51,476 nt of DNA from Nemertoderma westbladi (GCA_032718475.1 JAUCBJ010002447.1:1-51476), one strand, 5' to 3'; counted from the stretch's first letter, positions 14,261 to 25,286 are shown. A program made the numbers and translations. The notes: generated from the sequence alone by a model not told the origin.

Positions 14261-14409
14261 ATGGTAGGCCTACATGTATGGCATATTTAGTGGAGGTTCT
14301 TTTGGCAGATAGGCCTAGTCAAAACGTTACATCAGATGCCGTATTTTAGTCAAAACGTACCCTATCTTCATATAGTTGAGTATTGTCAATACAGGAATAT
14401 CCAAGTACT
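14261..14409 (+). repeat. ~150-bp direct repeat, copy 1 (copy 2 at 15904-16057)
   Basis: ATGGTAGGCCTACATGTA...GTGGAGGTTCTTTTGGCAGATAGGCCTAGTCAAAACGTTACATCAGATGC...CCAAGTACT present twice. Confidence 0.93.
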
Positions 14410-14789
14410 GGGTACTCCTGTACTTAGTATACCCATCTGCCCATGTACAGTAACTGGCTGATAGTTACCCTTAGTTTGTAGGCTATAGATGATTGACGTT
14501 TCTAGCAATGTTCTTAACGTTGGGATTTTACTGGAAGTTATTAATACCATAGTTTACCCCAAAAAAACTAAAATTACCCAAATCGCACCAAATCAAAATA
14601 AATCTTATAACAGCAACACGGGCTATCTGACGATATGGATTAGATCAATGTAGCGGATAGTGACCATTGAAGGGCTTCTTATGCATGCAAAGGAAAATAT
14701 GATCAGACCCAAATCACACAGTCAGACCTGATCTTTTGCTGATCAAATACCGGTAGGTGACTTTGCTGATATGCAGTAACATTTTACGG

Positions 14790-15420
14790 TACAATTTGAT
14801 GCGAAAATGTTTTGGCCAGTACTCTGAACCTTCCATTGGGGTCTCAGGTCACGCGCGTACCGTGGTCACTGTATCTGGCACCTGATTGGCTCAAATATTC
14901 AAACGCTGAAAACTTACCTAGGCCTTGACAATTAGTGATAAGATTTTATGCGAATATGTTTTGGATGGTGTTCTGAATCTCGCGTTGAGGTCCCAAGTCA
15001 CCCCCATACCGTGGTCATCAGATACGGCGCCTGATTGGCTAATGCTTTGAACGACGATAACTCGAGTTTGCTTCACTTTGGGATGAAGTTTGAAAGCTAA
15101 GAATATTCTCTGGAGTATGCCCTAACTCACTGACGATGTTTTATAGCTGTTGGATTGTCGGGTTTTGCTATGTGGTCTATGATTGGTTAATTTTTTGAAA
15201 GGCTATATCTCAAGAAGTATTCACTTTGGAATGATGAAGTTTATTTTAAATGTTCTCTAGAGTGTTTCCGATCCTACTAAAGACATCCAATTGCTGTATG
15301 ACTACCGGTTTCACGCTTTTGATTGTTTGAATATGCATGAAAATTTTGCATATAATATATCAAGAAGAATTAATTTTTGCACAAAGGAAATAATACTTAC
15401 AATGCTCTCTGACATGTCTG
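14790..15420. repeat. Degenerate ~148-bp tandem repeats
   Basis: ATGCGAA.ATGTTTTGG...TACCGTGGTCA...CCTGATTGGCT repeated ~148 bp apart, followed by more diverged copies. Confidence 0.6.
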
Positions 15421-15903
15421 GTGTATTTTAAAATCACTGGGGTTGAACAATTGTAATTGGAATACACCTTCATGGGTTTTCTTTATGATTTTAGAGCTTT
15501 AAAAGTTCAATATTAAATTTTTTATTAAATAATTATTTTTGTGTTATTTGTTAATATGAGTATATTTCTGTATTTGCTGGTATTATATTTTGGGTGTTTT
15601 TTTTGTTATTAGTTTTGGTATTAATTATTTTTTATTAATCCAGGGAATATCCCTATTAACTCTGGGTCCTCACTCGTTAATTCAGGGACCACCCTCGATA
15701 GCTCTGGGTCCACCCTCGTCTCGTTAATTCAGAACCACCTTTGTCAATTCAACAAATTTGAATAATTTTTTTTATTAGGTTTTCCAAGGTGCTGAATTAA
15801 TTGATTGAAGATGGTTTTAAATGGCCTGCTTTTATTGTAATTCCATTTCGTGTGATGTGTTTCGTGCCACAAATTTTTGAAGTATAAATAATAATTTAAT
15901 AAT

Positions 15904-16057
15904 ATGGTAGGCCTACATGTAGGGCAGATATAGTGGAGGTTCTTTTGGCAGATAGGCCTAGTCAAAACGTTACATCAGATGCAGAATTTTAGTCAAAACG
16001 TACCCTATCTTCATATATGGTAGTTGAATATTGTGAATACAGGAATACCCAAGTACT
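15904..16057 (+). repeat. ~150-bp direct repeat, copy 2
   Basis: Matches 14261-14409 with a few substitutions and a small indel. Confidence 0.93.
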
Positions 16058-18899
16058 TCTGTAGGCCTACTAATGTACATGCGCAAGTAATATAAATTGG
16101 GGGGGTCTATGCGCCTGTCGATTCATACGAATCGACAGGCGCAACAAAAGTATTTGGAATATTATGCCCATGTATACTTATATATGTAAGCCTTCAAGTA
16201 TAAACAAAACTGACCTTAACAAAATCAAGGTAGGCATTTGTTATTTTCCATCAGCAATATGGGCTTTAACTTTTAACTTTACATGTGATTAATAATACTG
16301 TAATATTCTAGAACAATACCACATGGCCAACGCCGTCGGCCATGCGCTCGCACGGCGCAAATGCTCCATTTGCGCTCTCCACCTGGATATTCCCGTAAGG
16401 AGTCGCCTTTGCCTAACACCCTCAGATGAAATTACACTGGTGGAAGCTACTGTAGCTATCTGATTGGCGATGCCTATATGGATAATTCAATTTAATAGGC
16501 TTGACAGTAATTGGCTTATACTAAGGCAGTCAGAGGAGATAACAAATGGCCCTCCTTGTTCGCTCAGTTACCTACAATAATTATCAAGGCAGTATGGGCT
16601 GATGTTAAAGCTTTCTGTTACAAGCTATTGTATTGTACTCTCTTGGCAATGTTCCAATATAGACTAACAGTAACTGGGTCGACTGCAGGGAAGTTAATTC
16701 GATATATTGGCAGTTCCGAGTAACTTGTATGCCTGTAATGAATGATATAGACAAGTTATATTGATGCCGTATGTCTATGAAAAAAATGTGACCAAATTGC
16801 TTTGGTATATAGATTATTCTTATATTCCTGCAATATAAATTAATCTACTACAGAATGATAATGCAATAGAACGTACCTAATGATAATGCGTACTTAATAT
16901 ACAAAGAAAATTATTACAAATCAAAATATTACAAATCAATGGATAGGACAATTTAACGGGTTAGATTTATCAGGGGAGTAAATTTATGTTTATAGCTGGA
17001 ATTTAATTCCAACTATTTTGGGACTTCGGATTTTGCTTTCAACAATATTTATCATCTGTAGCACACAATTCCACTGTCAGGTTACGAACACACATAGACT
17101 TATGGTACGCCGAGACCTGCATAGATTTACAACGTCGAGTCTGACACGTGGAAGTTTCCCCAGCCTCCGAAACCGAACAGCGTCAAGGGAGAAACTCTTT
17201 AATTGCATACAATTTTCAAGCAAACACTGCTGTCAACAGGAATAAATTTTGCTTAGCCTTACCCGCTGGTAAGCAAAATTTAATAACTTGATATCAGGAA
17301 CTCGTGCTTACAATAAGAAATACGTCTGCTCAGTTACCCAACGATCATCGATACCCTATTCGCACGTAGCTAGGAATCTTACTGTCGATCTGCCGCTGAA
17401 CGCAATACAACTGAGCGTTCAAATCCCTTACCGTACTCACTATACCGAACACCAACAGGATTGATATGGGACCAATTAATCCAGTTTTCATGCAGTCAAG
17501 ACGGGAACAGCACAAACACATTCAGTCACCTGAAATCACACTCACAAATAAGCAATTCACAATCGAAACACAAACAACACAGTACAGAAAAATTTCTTCA
17601 AATACCTCTCCCAGAATATTTAGATAGATACTCGATTTACTATTAAGACGAGATTGACACCAAGCGAGATATAATTACGCAAGGGACGTCCGGGACGTCC
17701 TATCAAAAAGGTGGGGGACACGCAGTTCGTTAGCCGCTTGAAATATTTGAGTGCAGAATCTACACTGAACTATTAAATGCTACAACAATAAATGTACATA
17801 CTGTAAATGTAAACATTCAGGTAAATAAATTTTTACAACTCCTATTCTATACACAGTAAATCTATTTATAACACCGACAGTTGGAAACCTAAAATATTCT
17901 ATTCAGGGTGCGCAGTCCTAAATAGCCTACTCTAGAATTACAGATAAGGACAATGCAACAATAAATGCGAGGAGAAAAATTCACCAGGTGGATAATATTC
18001 GCTGGCGAAATCTTCACTGAGTTAAATATTCACTGTTAGCGCTACAATTCAATTTTGCAAATAATGAACCTAAACTTACGACCAGCTGTATATACAAGAA
18101 ACGGGCGCTAGTAACCGTTACTTGTACTCGTAGAATAATTTATTGTTGCATATAAAACTGGCGTTACTATAAACAGATTTGAAACCCCGTATAAATAGTT
18201 CCTTTAAGTTGTGTGTCTGGACTGCTTACGTCTTTATGTCTAACTGAAAACTGTATTCATTCGAGACTTATGGAAGTCGGATTTATGAAACTGACAATCC
18301 GAGATACCGATGTCACAGGAATTAATTTTGTGCACGTATTAAAATATGTTAGTTTGCTATTAATATTAGGCGTCATATGACAATACTGTAACACACACCC
18401 CAATGCGATGAGTTGCAATACCGTACAGTCTATAGACCACCAACCTCAATGTTATTGTGCTACCAACGTTAATCAACAACGGAATGACTTGAATCCATTC
18501 TCTTTATCTTTATCGATAACATAATAATAACATAAATCGCAATAATTCAACTGATATAACAAATTAATTAATAGACAAACAATAAATCGACATAATACGA
18601 ATCAATATCACAAATTGACATCGGCAATATCACGAATTGACGTGAATATTCCGACCCACAAATCTACTAACAGCTAGTGAGTTGTTAACTAATAAATCTT
18701 CAATAGTTAGGCTGACCAACTGATATAATGCTATACTATATATAGGCTGGGGCTGGTAAGCTGAATGCAAATGGGTATTAGCCAATCAGAGCTATTCTGC
18801 ATGGCCCTTGCCGTATAACATAATAATTCTCTGGCAGAAGTAAATTAACAATATGGGGCGAGCCTGCGAGGTAAATGCCATTCACTAGTGGCATTAACA

Positions 18900-19710
18900 C
18901 ATACACAATGCTGCACAATACTGCACACTAATCTGCCAATCTTCACTGATTTTAGTCACATATAAAAGGAACACAGACTGACTCGTGTAGGGTCTATCAA
19001 ATAACATTAGATTCACTTCAAACCACTTTAACATAAGTCACAATCGTTATTGGTAACCTTTCTCTCTTACCTTCGGTATATCAAGAATATTGGGTTTCGG
19101 GGTTATTTATCGTTATTCCAAATATAATAATTCATCAACCATATTATGAAGAACTGACAGTAAATAGCAGTATAAAACAACAATGAAAACACTGATTGTT
19201 ATGAGTTTGCAATGTTTCAGCAGTCAGTATGTATGATCAGTTAGCAGAGTCAGGTAGTTAAAGGATATATGTCCTTATAATTAAACCTACTAGTGTAAGA
19301 CTAAAAACTGAAACACGGAGGTGCCAAAAGCCGGTTCTTAGGCTCTGGGCAAAAACATAACACTGAACTACTGAGTTTCTGTATATACCTCCAACACAGA
19401 GACAACAAACGCTCTGATTGGTCCACCTGAACAACGAGAGAACAAAGAAACAAAGAAACGTCGACGTGGCAATATCAGCTGCTAGCCGTCGTCATGGTAG
19501 CGACACTGTTTTCAAGAGTATCGAGCTTTTACGTCACGGAATTACGGATTATGTCCTCTAAAGTACAAATACAGAAGAAATAGCTTTTATGTCCGCTAAA
19601 ACACCAGTACAGCAAGGACACGGCCTTTTTATGCCTGGTAAACCAACTACAGAGTATTTTACGGGAAAAATAAGGAAAAATAACCGGACAATTCAGCAAA
19701 AGCTTTTACA
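18900..19710 (-). mobile_element. Diverged partial LTR of the BEL family (5' ~810 bp), inverted orientation
   Basis: The reverse complement starts TGTAAAAGCTTTTGC at 19710 and aligns with 24029-~24881. Clear similarity stops near 18900. Confidence 0.88.
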
Positions 19711-19972
19711 AAGTAAACACAAGAGTCTTACACCCCTTAAACTACAAAAAAATAAATAGAATCAGGACATTAAGCCCAAAATACTTCTCAGCCCCTAGGG
19801 CCATCAAAGGACACAATCAAAACAAACAAAAAAAACAAACAAAAATAACATAATAGCTCTACATACAGTTATGTATCGCAACCCTAACCCTAAAACCTAA
19901 CCACCATACACTAAATGATACCGGTAATAAACTGCACGAAAGCTAAGCCTATATTCTATAAGAAAATATATG
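19711..19972 (+). repeat. Left arm of a ~260-bp inverted repeat (right arm 23033-23300)
   Basis: Reverse complement of 23033-23298 with few differences; contains a CCCTAA-like tract near 19881-19902. Confidence 0.92.
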
Positions 19973-20125
19973 AGAATTTTGTCGCCGTGAAAGGGGTAGG
20001 ACTAAGGAAAAAATAATTAATTTGTGAAAAATATGGTTGCGTTTCGGTGTCTTGGACCAGTACACGCTAATCCTCGACACCATCGTCAGCTGGACAGTGA
20101 ATTAGCCAAGCCTAACTATATTGCA

Positions 20126-21150
20126 GCAATCAGATCAGTATACGATGGTTCGACAACATTTGTGTCTACTGTTGATGGTGACACAGAACCATTTGAAGTG
20201 TTATGGGGCGTCCTCCAGGGAGATACACTTGCACCATTCTTGTTCATAATTGTGGTTGACTATGTTCTACGCATGTCCTTAGATCATCATAATGATGATG
20301 GGGTGATGATAACTCACCTACTGGCTCCAGAAGTCGAGGAAATCCTGCCAAGTACCTAACTGATATAGACTTTGCTGATGACTTAGGAGTACTCTCAGAA
20401 TCACTAGAGGGAGCCCAACGGCTCCTCAGCTCATTAGAACATGCTGCTTCTAGTGTTGGTCTTTTTATTAACTCCAAAAAGACCAAAATTTTGACAGTTA
20501 ACTTTGAAAGTTCTCAGCAAGTCTCTGATCGGATGAGGATAAGCTCAAAGGATGGTATGCTTGAGCATGTGGACGACTTCTGTTACCTGGGATCATGGAT
20601 CCGAAAGTCAGGTGAGGACCTTCGAATACGTAAGGGAAAGGCATGGGCAGCCTTGAATAGGCTTTCTAGGATTTGGAAGTCACCGAGAATTAATCGGAAA
20701 CTTAAGGTCCGATTATTTAGAGCAGCAGTAGTTCCAGTACTCCTCTATGGGAGTCCATGCTGGGCTCTAACTGCTGAGGACACCAAATCTCTGGATGGCA
20801 CATTCACAAGAATGCTACGCCGGGTTCATTGTGTCAAGTACAATGCACACATCTCCAACCAGACACTATATAACATTGGAGGTGTCTCATTGGTTCCCCC
20901 AAACTTGACACTAGAACAAAATCGCCTCCGCTTTGCAGGACATTGCTTTCGCCGTGAGGACCAGCCAGTGCATAATCTTGTAGTTTGGCAGCCTCATGGA
21001 GTGAATAAGCATGGTGGACAGCCCATGACTTTCTTGAAACGCATCTTAAAGGACACCGGCCTTGAAGATGCGGATGATCTAGCAAATGTCATGGGTGATA
21101 GGGAGTTGTGGCGGCGCAATTTTGTCGACAAGCCGGCACAGCATTCTTAA
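20126..21150 (+). pseudogene. C-terminal part of an RTE reverse transcriptase, frameshifted near 20320
   Basis: ORFs 20024-20359 and 20491-21150 are in different frames; the FADD motif lies in the second frame upstream of its listed start. Confidence 0.85.
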
Positions 21151-21196
21151 AAATGCAGCTGCAATGCAGCATGCCGATATTAGTAGTAGTAGTAGT
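20126..21196 (+). mobile_element. 5'-truncated RTE-clade non-LTR retrotransposon with (TAG)n tail and 44-bp TSD
   Basis: RT motifs GVLQGDTLAPFLF, DFADD, GLFINSKKTK, FCYLGS, RLRFAGH. Tail at 21181-21196. Direct repeats 20082-20125 and 21197-21240 (2 mismatches). Confidence 0.88.
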
Positions 21197-21533
21197 ATCG
21201 TCAGCAGGACAGTGAATTAACCAAGCCTAACTATATTGCACCAATGACCTATATTAATCGCACCATCAACTCAGTTGCCACCTAGCCTAAGCAGACGTCA
21301 GACCTCAGAACATTGGAATCCTATAGGCCTATGGTAAGTAAACATGTTACCGATGGAAAACTGCTAGATTGCTAAGGCAAACACACAGTACAAAAATTAT
21401 ATAAGATTTGACAATATGCAGTGATGTCGGAATTCTGCTATTTACTTCATATATATGTGATAATTGAATGTACCGACTTACTGACTGACTGGGGGTTGTT
21501 ATGTATATATTAACTTAAATGCAAGAAAATAAG

Positions 21534-22686
21534 TTTTTTTTATTTATGACAATACATACAATGCTAGTATTAGGTGAATTTATTACGTAATGGTTGTATT
21601 TATTCGAGTAAGTCAAAAAGCCCGTCAGAGTTACTACTGTAGAGTCCACCGTTCCCAGGATAGATGCGGCGTTACCCATTAAAAAAAAAAGCAAATTGCT
21701 ATTAACAGCCTCTGCAACAGGAATCGATGGGATCGTGGCTCCATGGTAGCGTTGTAGAGTCGTCTTCCTACGTCTTTCAGGAAGGTTGCAGTGGCTGGTC
21801 CGGGTCGGCCAAAGGTCTCAAAGGCAACAGGAGTAAATTGATAACCGCGGTCTATAAGATCCTGGTACTTTCGTGTTTTTATTTTCTCCTGTTCCTTGGC
21901 AACGCGTCCTCCCATCGAGGGGGTCCACCACAGAGGCGTCCCAGGTCAAGGTCTTTCCGCTCTCCCAAGACACTAGAGTCATCCCATCTACCCGTTTACC
22001 ATCTGTTCTAGAGAGGCTGGGTGGTTCTAGAATAGAGGGGATATTACAGCTGGCCAACCCACCATGCTTCACGATCTCATTCCACATTGAATGGCGGGTG
22101 AATCGGCCAGCACTCTTCTGGCAATAAAGGCCGTGTAGTTCATCCGCATGGACTGAGCTTCCACACCTGGTGCAGGAGTGGGGCTCGGTTAATTTGCAGC
22201 CGAGGCGGGTAGCGATTGATACGCGGAGCTGAGAGTTAGGTAGGGAACTGCAGGGAATCTCGTCTAGCCAACATCCCGCTGTGCGATCTTCTATTGAGTT
22301 AAGCGCCGGGCAATGTCAAGACGAGTGGACGTGGCGCGAAGGGTGGCCAGATTATTTTGGTAGACTGGGCCAGACCAATCAATCTGCTTGGAAGAGTTCA
22401 GTGCTTCGAGCACGGGTAACACTTGTAATTTCCATAACTCAAGGGCGTGGGCACGAGCTGGATCCAGAGCAGGTGAAACCATGGAAGTAAAAAGATGGCT
22501 CGAAGAGTGTGTGGCAGGCAGCCGCTGAAGCCAGGAGGGGGCAAGCTGAACTGCCGAACTTAAATAGAGACCACCAAGTCGCGCTGGTAAACAAGCCTGG
22601 ATCCAAGTGGGGTCAGGGATGGAAACATTCGCGACCTGCTCGAGTGTGGATCTGAGAGATTGATCATACTTCTCTAGGAGGTCAGG
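21534..22686 (-). pseudogene. Decayed 3' fragment of a CRE-like non-LTR retrotransposon (zinc finger plus restriction-like endonuclease)
   Basis: Minus-strand peptides CTRC...HGLYC, EPPSLSRTDGKRVDGMTLVSWESGKTLTWD, KYQDL..YQFTPVAFETFG and GNAASILGT, with several frameshifts. AATAAA plus an A-run near 21534-21545. Confidence 0.78.
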
Positions 22687-22729
22687 TTTTATTTATTGCC
22701 TGAAGATAACTTTTAGTTTGAAATGCATT

Positions 22730-22925
22730 GCAATTTTAACAAAATATTTTAATTAATAATAATAATAATATTTTTAACATTGATTTTAGCAATTTTAACA
22801 TAATATTTTTAACATTGATTTTAGCAATTTTAACATAATATTTTAACATTGACTTTAGCCATTTTAACATAATATTTTAACATTGATTTTAGCAATTTTA
22901 ACATAATATTTTAATATTGATTTTA
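22730..22925. repeat. AT-rich minisatellite, ~33-34-bp unit
   Basis: ATTTTAACATTGATTTTAGCAATTTTAACATAAT repeated about 4-5 times. Confidence 0.9.
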
Positions 22926-22995
22926 TTTATATTAATTTTGAGAACATTATATATTGAATTAAAATTTTAACTGAATCTTAGAAACTTTTTATTTG

Positions 22996-23311
22996 TATTA
23001 ACTTAAAGGTCTTACACCCCTTAAACTACAAACATATATTTTCTTATAGAATATAGGCTTAGCTTTCGTGCAGTTTATTACCGGTATCATTTAGTGTATG
23101 GTGGTTAGGTTTTAGGGTTAGGGTTGCGATACATACCTGTATATAGAGCATGCTATTATGTTATTTTTGTTTGTTTTTTTTGTTTGTTTTGATTGTGTCC
23201 TTTGATGGCCCTAGGGGCTGAGAAGTATTTTGGGCTTAATGTCCTGATTCTATATATTTTTTTGTAGTTTAAGGGGTGTAAGACACTTGTGTTTTTACCT
23301 TTAAGTTAATA
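22996..23311. mobile_element. MITE-like element with short TIRs; includes the right arm of the ~260-bp inverted repeat
   Basis: TATTAACTTAAAGG-TCTTACACCCCTTAAACTACAAA on the left and TTTGTAGTTTAAGGGGTGTAAGA-(insert)-CCTTTAAGTTAATA on the right. TTAA|AGG...CCT|TTAA at 23003-23009 and 23298-23304. Confidence 0.55.
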
Positions 23312-23366
23312 TATAAAAAATTTACCAGTATGATATACAATAGATTACACAAACATAAAAATAACG

Positions 23367-23470
23367 GCATCCCCGAGGCTAGTCTCACCCGCTCTCTACC
23401 AGCATCCCCGAGGCTAGTCTCACCCACTCCCTAACAGCATCCCCGAGGCTAGTCTCACCCACTCCCTAAA
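23367..23470. repeat. 35-bp tandem repeat, 3 copies
   Basis: GCATCCCCGAGGCTAGTCTCACCC at 23367, 23402 and 23437. Confidence 0.95.
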
Positions 23471-24028
23471 CACGCCAGTCTGTTTATTGGCCTGGTTACA
23501 CATCGGACATTGTCAATACTGTTGAGTCTTGTATGGAATGCCAGCGACATCGACCATCGCTTCCAAACCAACCCATGATGCACCAAGAAATTCCTTCTCG
23601 TTGTTTTCAAGCTATTGATTTCTTCGCACATGGTGGTTCCCATTATCTTATTTACGTAGACCGTTATTCTGGATACCCTATTGTCGAATACTTTCGAAAT
23701 GTACCAACAGCATCGGAAACAATTTCGGTTTTCCGCAGATATATTTCTATGACAGGGATTCCCAATATACTCACTTCTGATAACGGTCCACAATTCATGG
23801 CAGAAGAGACCCAAAAATTTATTTCCGAATGGGGTGTAAAATTCTATTACGGACGTTCGGCGATAGCATTGAAGTCAATAAAATCAGGAACTACTGTCCT
23901 TGTTCAAGACACAATTTCGAAAAAGTGGGACAAACTCGCAACAGTTGTAGGAACAGCTGATCGTCGCCGATATAGACTTCAGTCACATAAACCGCAGTCA
24001 CATTCGTCCAATTCAACCTGAACTACTG
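23471..24028 (+). pseudogene. Internally deleted Ty3/Gypsy integrase remnant, target of the first BEL insertion
   Basis: CMEC, AIDFF, VDRYSGYP, SDNGPQF, WGV; the segment carrying the catalytic E is missing. A probable tail (..RYGR..) resumes after 35910. Confidence 0.82.
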
Positions 24029-25274
24029 TGTAAAAGCTTTTGCGTAATTAGCCGGTTATTTTCCCTTAAAGTACTCTGTAGTTGGTTTGCCAGGCATAAA
24101 AAGGCCGTGTCCTTGCTGTACTGGTGTTTTAGAGGACATAAAAGTCATTTCTTATGTATTTTTACTGTATTTGTACTTTAGAGGACATAATCCACAATCT
24201 CGTGACGCAATAGCTGGATACTTTGAAAACAGTGTCGCTACCATGACGACGGCTAGCAGCTGATATTGCCACGTCGACGTTTCTTTGTTTCTTTGTTCTC
24301 TCGTTGTTCAGTTCAGTTCGTTCGTTGACCAATCAGAGCGTTTGTTGTCTCTGTGTTGGAGGTATATACAGAAACTCAGTAGTTCAGTGTTATGTTTTTG
24401 CCCAGAGCCTAAGAACCGGCTTTTGGCACCTCCGTGTTTTCAGTTTTTAGTCTTACACTAGTAGGTTTAATTATAAGGGCATATATCCTTTAACTGACAT
24501 ACCGATCAAACTCATGGAATCACTGATCTGGGAATACACTGACTGCTGACACACGGCTTTTAATAACTGCTGAAACTGCTAAAATTACCTGCTCAATCGA
24601 TACTGTGTACTGCTATTTGTTGTCGGTTATTCATTATATTGGTTGATGAATTATTATATTGGAATAACGAGAAATAACCCCGAAAACCCAATATTCTTGA
24701 TATACCGAAGGTAAGAGAGAAAGGTTACCAATAACGATTGTGACTTATGTTAAAGTGGTTTGAAGTGAATCTAATGTTATTTGATAGACCCTACATGAGT
24801 CAGTCTGTGTTCCTTTTATATGTGACTAAAATCAGTGAAGATTGGCAGATTAGTGTGCAGTATTGTGCAGCATTGTGTATGAGTGAGTCTGTTAAAGAAG
24901 CAATTCCTAAAGAATGCGCCATATATGTGAATTATAATTAAGCCATATCGTTGTGAGTAGTTTAAGTCATAACTCTGTTTATATAGATAAAGCGCCACGT
25001 CCTAAAGGAACTGTTAATATTCCCCGAAGGTGAATAATATTGTCAGAGATTATATAATACTGTCAGTCGAATAATACATTAGGCTTACATAGCAATAAAA
25101 TTAAACCGTCGAACCCAATCTCCCGGGAATATCCAGCGGGTGAATGATCGCGCACAGATTGGTTTCGACTAGTGTAGTGAATCAAATACTTGTCATAGAC
25201 TAAAAACCGATTTAATATCTAGAAGACATCTTAATTTGGTGGGTTAAACTGCCAAAGGTCTGAAAGCGCGAACA
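24029..25274 (+). repeat. 5' LTR of BEL copy 1 (1246 bp)
   Basis: TGTAAAAGCT...GCGCGAACA. Appears identical to the 3' LTR apart from a 12-bp indel near 24311-24323. Confidence 0.96.
24329..24388 (+). promoter_or_regulatory. Candidate LTR core promoter (CCAAT, TATA-like, TCAGT initiator-like)
   Basis: CCAAT at 24329, TATATA at 24363, TCAGT at 24376 and 24384. Largely conserved across the LTR copies, but the TATA-Inr spacing is shorter than canonical. Confidence 0.35.
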
Positions 25275-25286
25275 TTAAAGGATATA
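25275..25286 (+). promoter_or_regulatory. Non-tRNA primer-binding-site position, complementary to LTR 24482-24493
   Basis: TTAAAGGATATA directly follows the LTR-terminal CA. Its exact reverse complement TATATCCTTTAA is at 24482-24493 and 35113-35124. No TGG start. Confidence 0.75.

Larger units (their letters stand above)
13312..16386 (+). mobile_element. Module 8: diverged 3.1-kb member of the array family
   Basis: The first ~620 bp are visibly homologous to the 1.73-kb unit (GAGCC-AAA-GGCTCGACAGAGAA; GTTAATTAATTAATTAGTAATTA; CTCGAAAA). Ends with a 15-bp-stem hairpin (16110-16143), GCGCAAATG/CATTTGCGC (16355-16375) and CTGG|AT. Confidence 0.6.

Noticed and set aside
19881-19902. Interstitial telomere
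   Set aside because: Only about 3 imperfect CCCTAA units, embedded in a dispersed repeat arm.
23367-23470. Mini-CRISPR (24-bp constant part plus 11-bp variable part)
   Set aside because: The variable parts are near-identical and too short; an ordinary minisatellite.
24747-24998. 60-64 aa ORFs duplicated at 35378-35629
   Set aside because: They lie in the LTRs and are not preserved as ORFs in the diverged LTR of copy 2.
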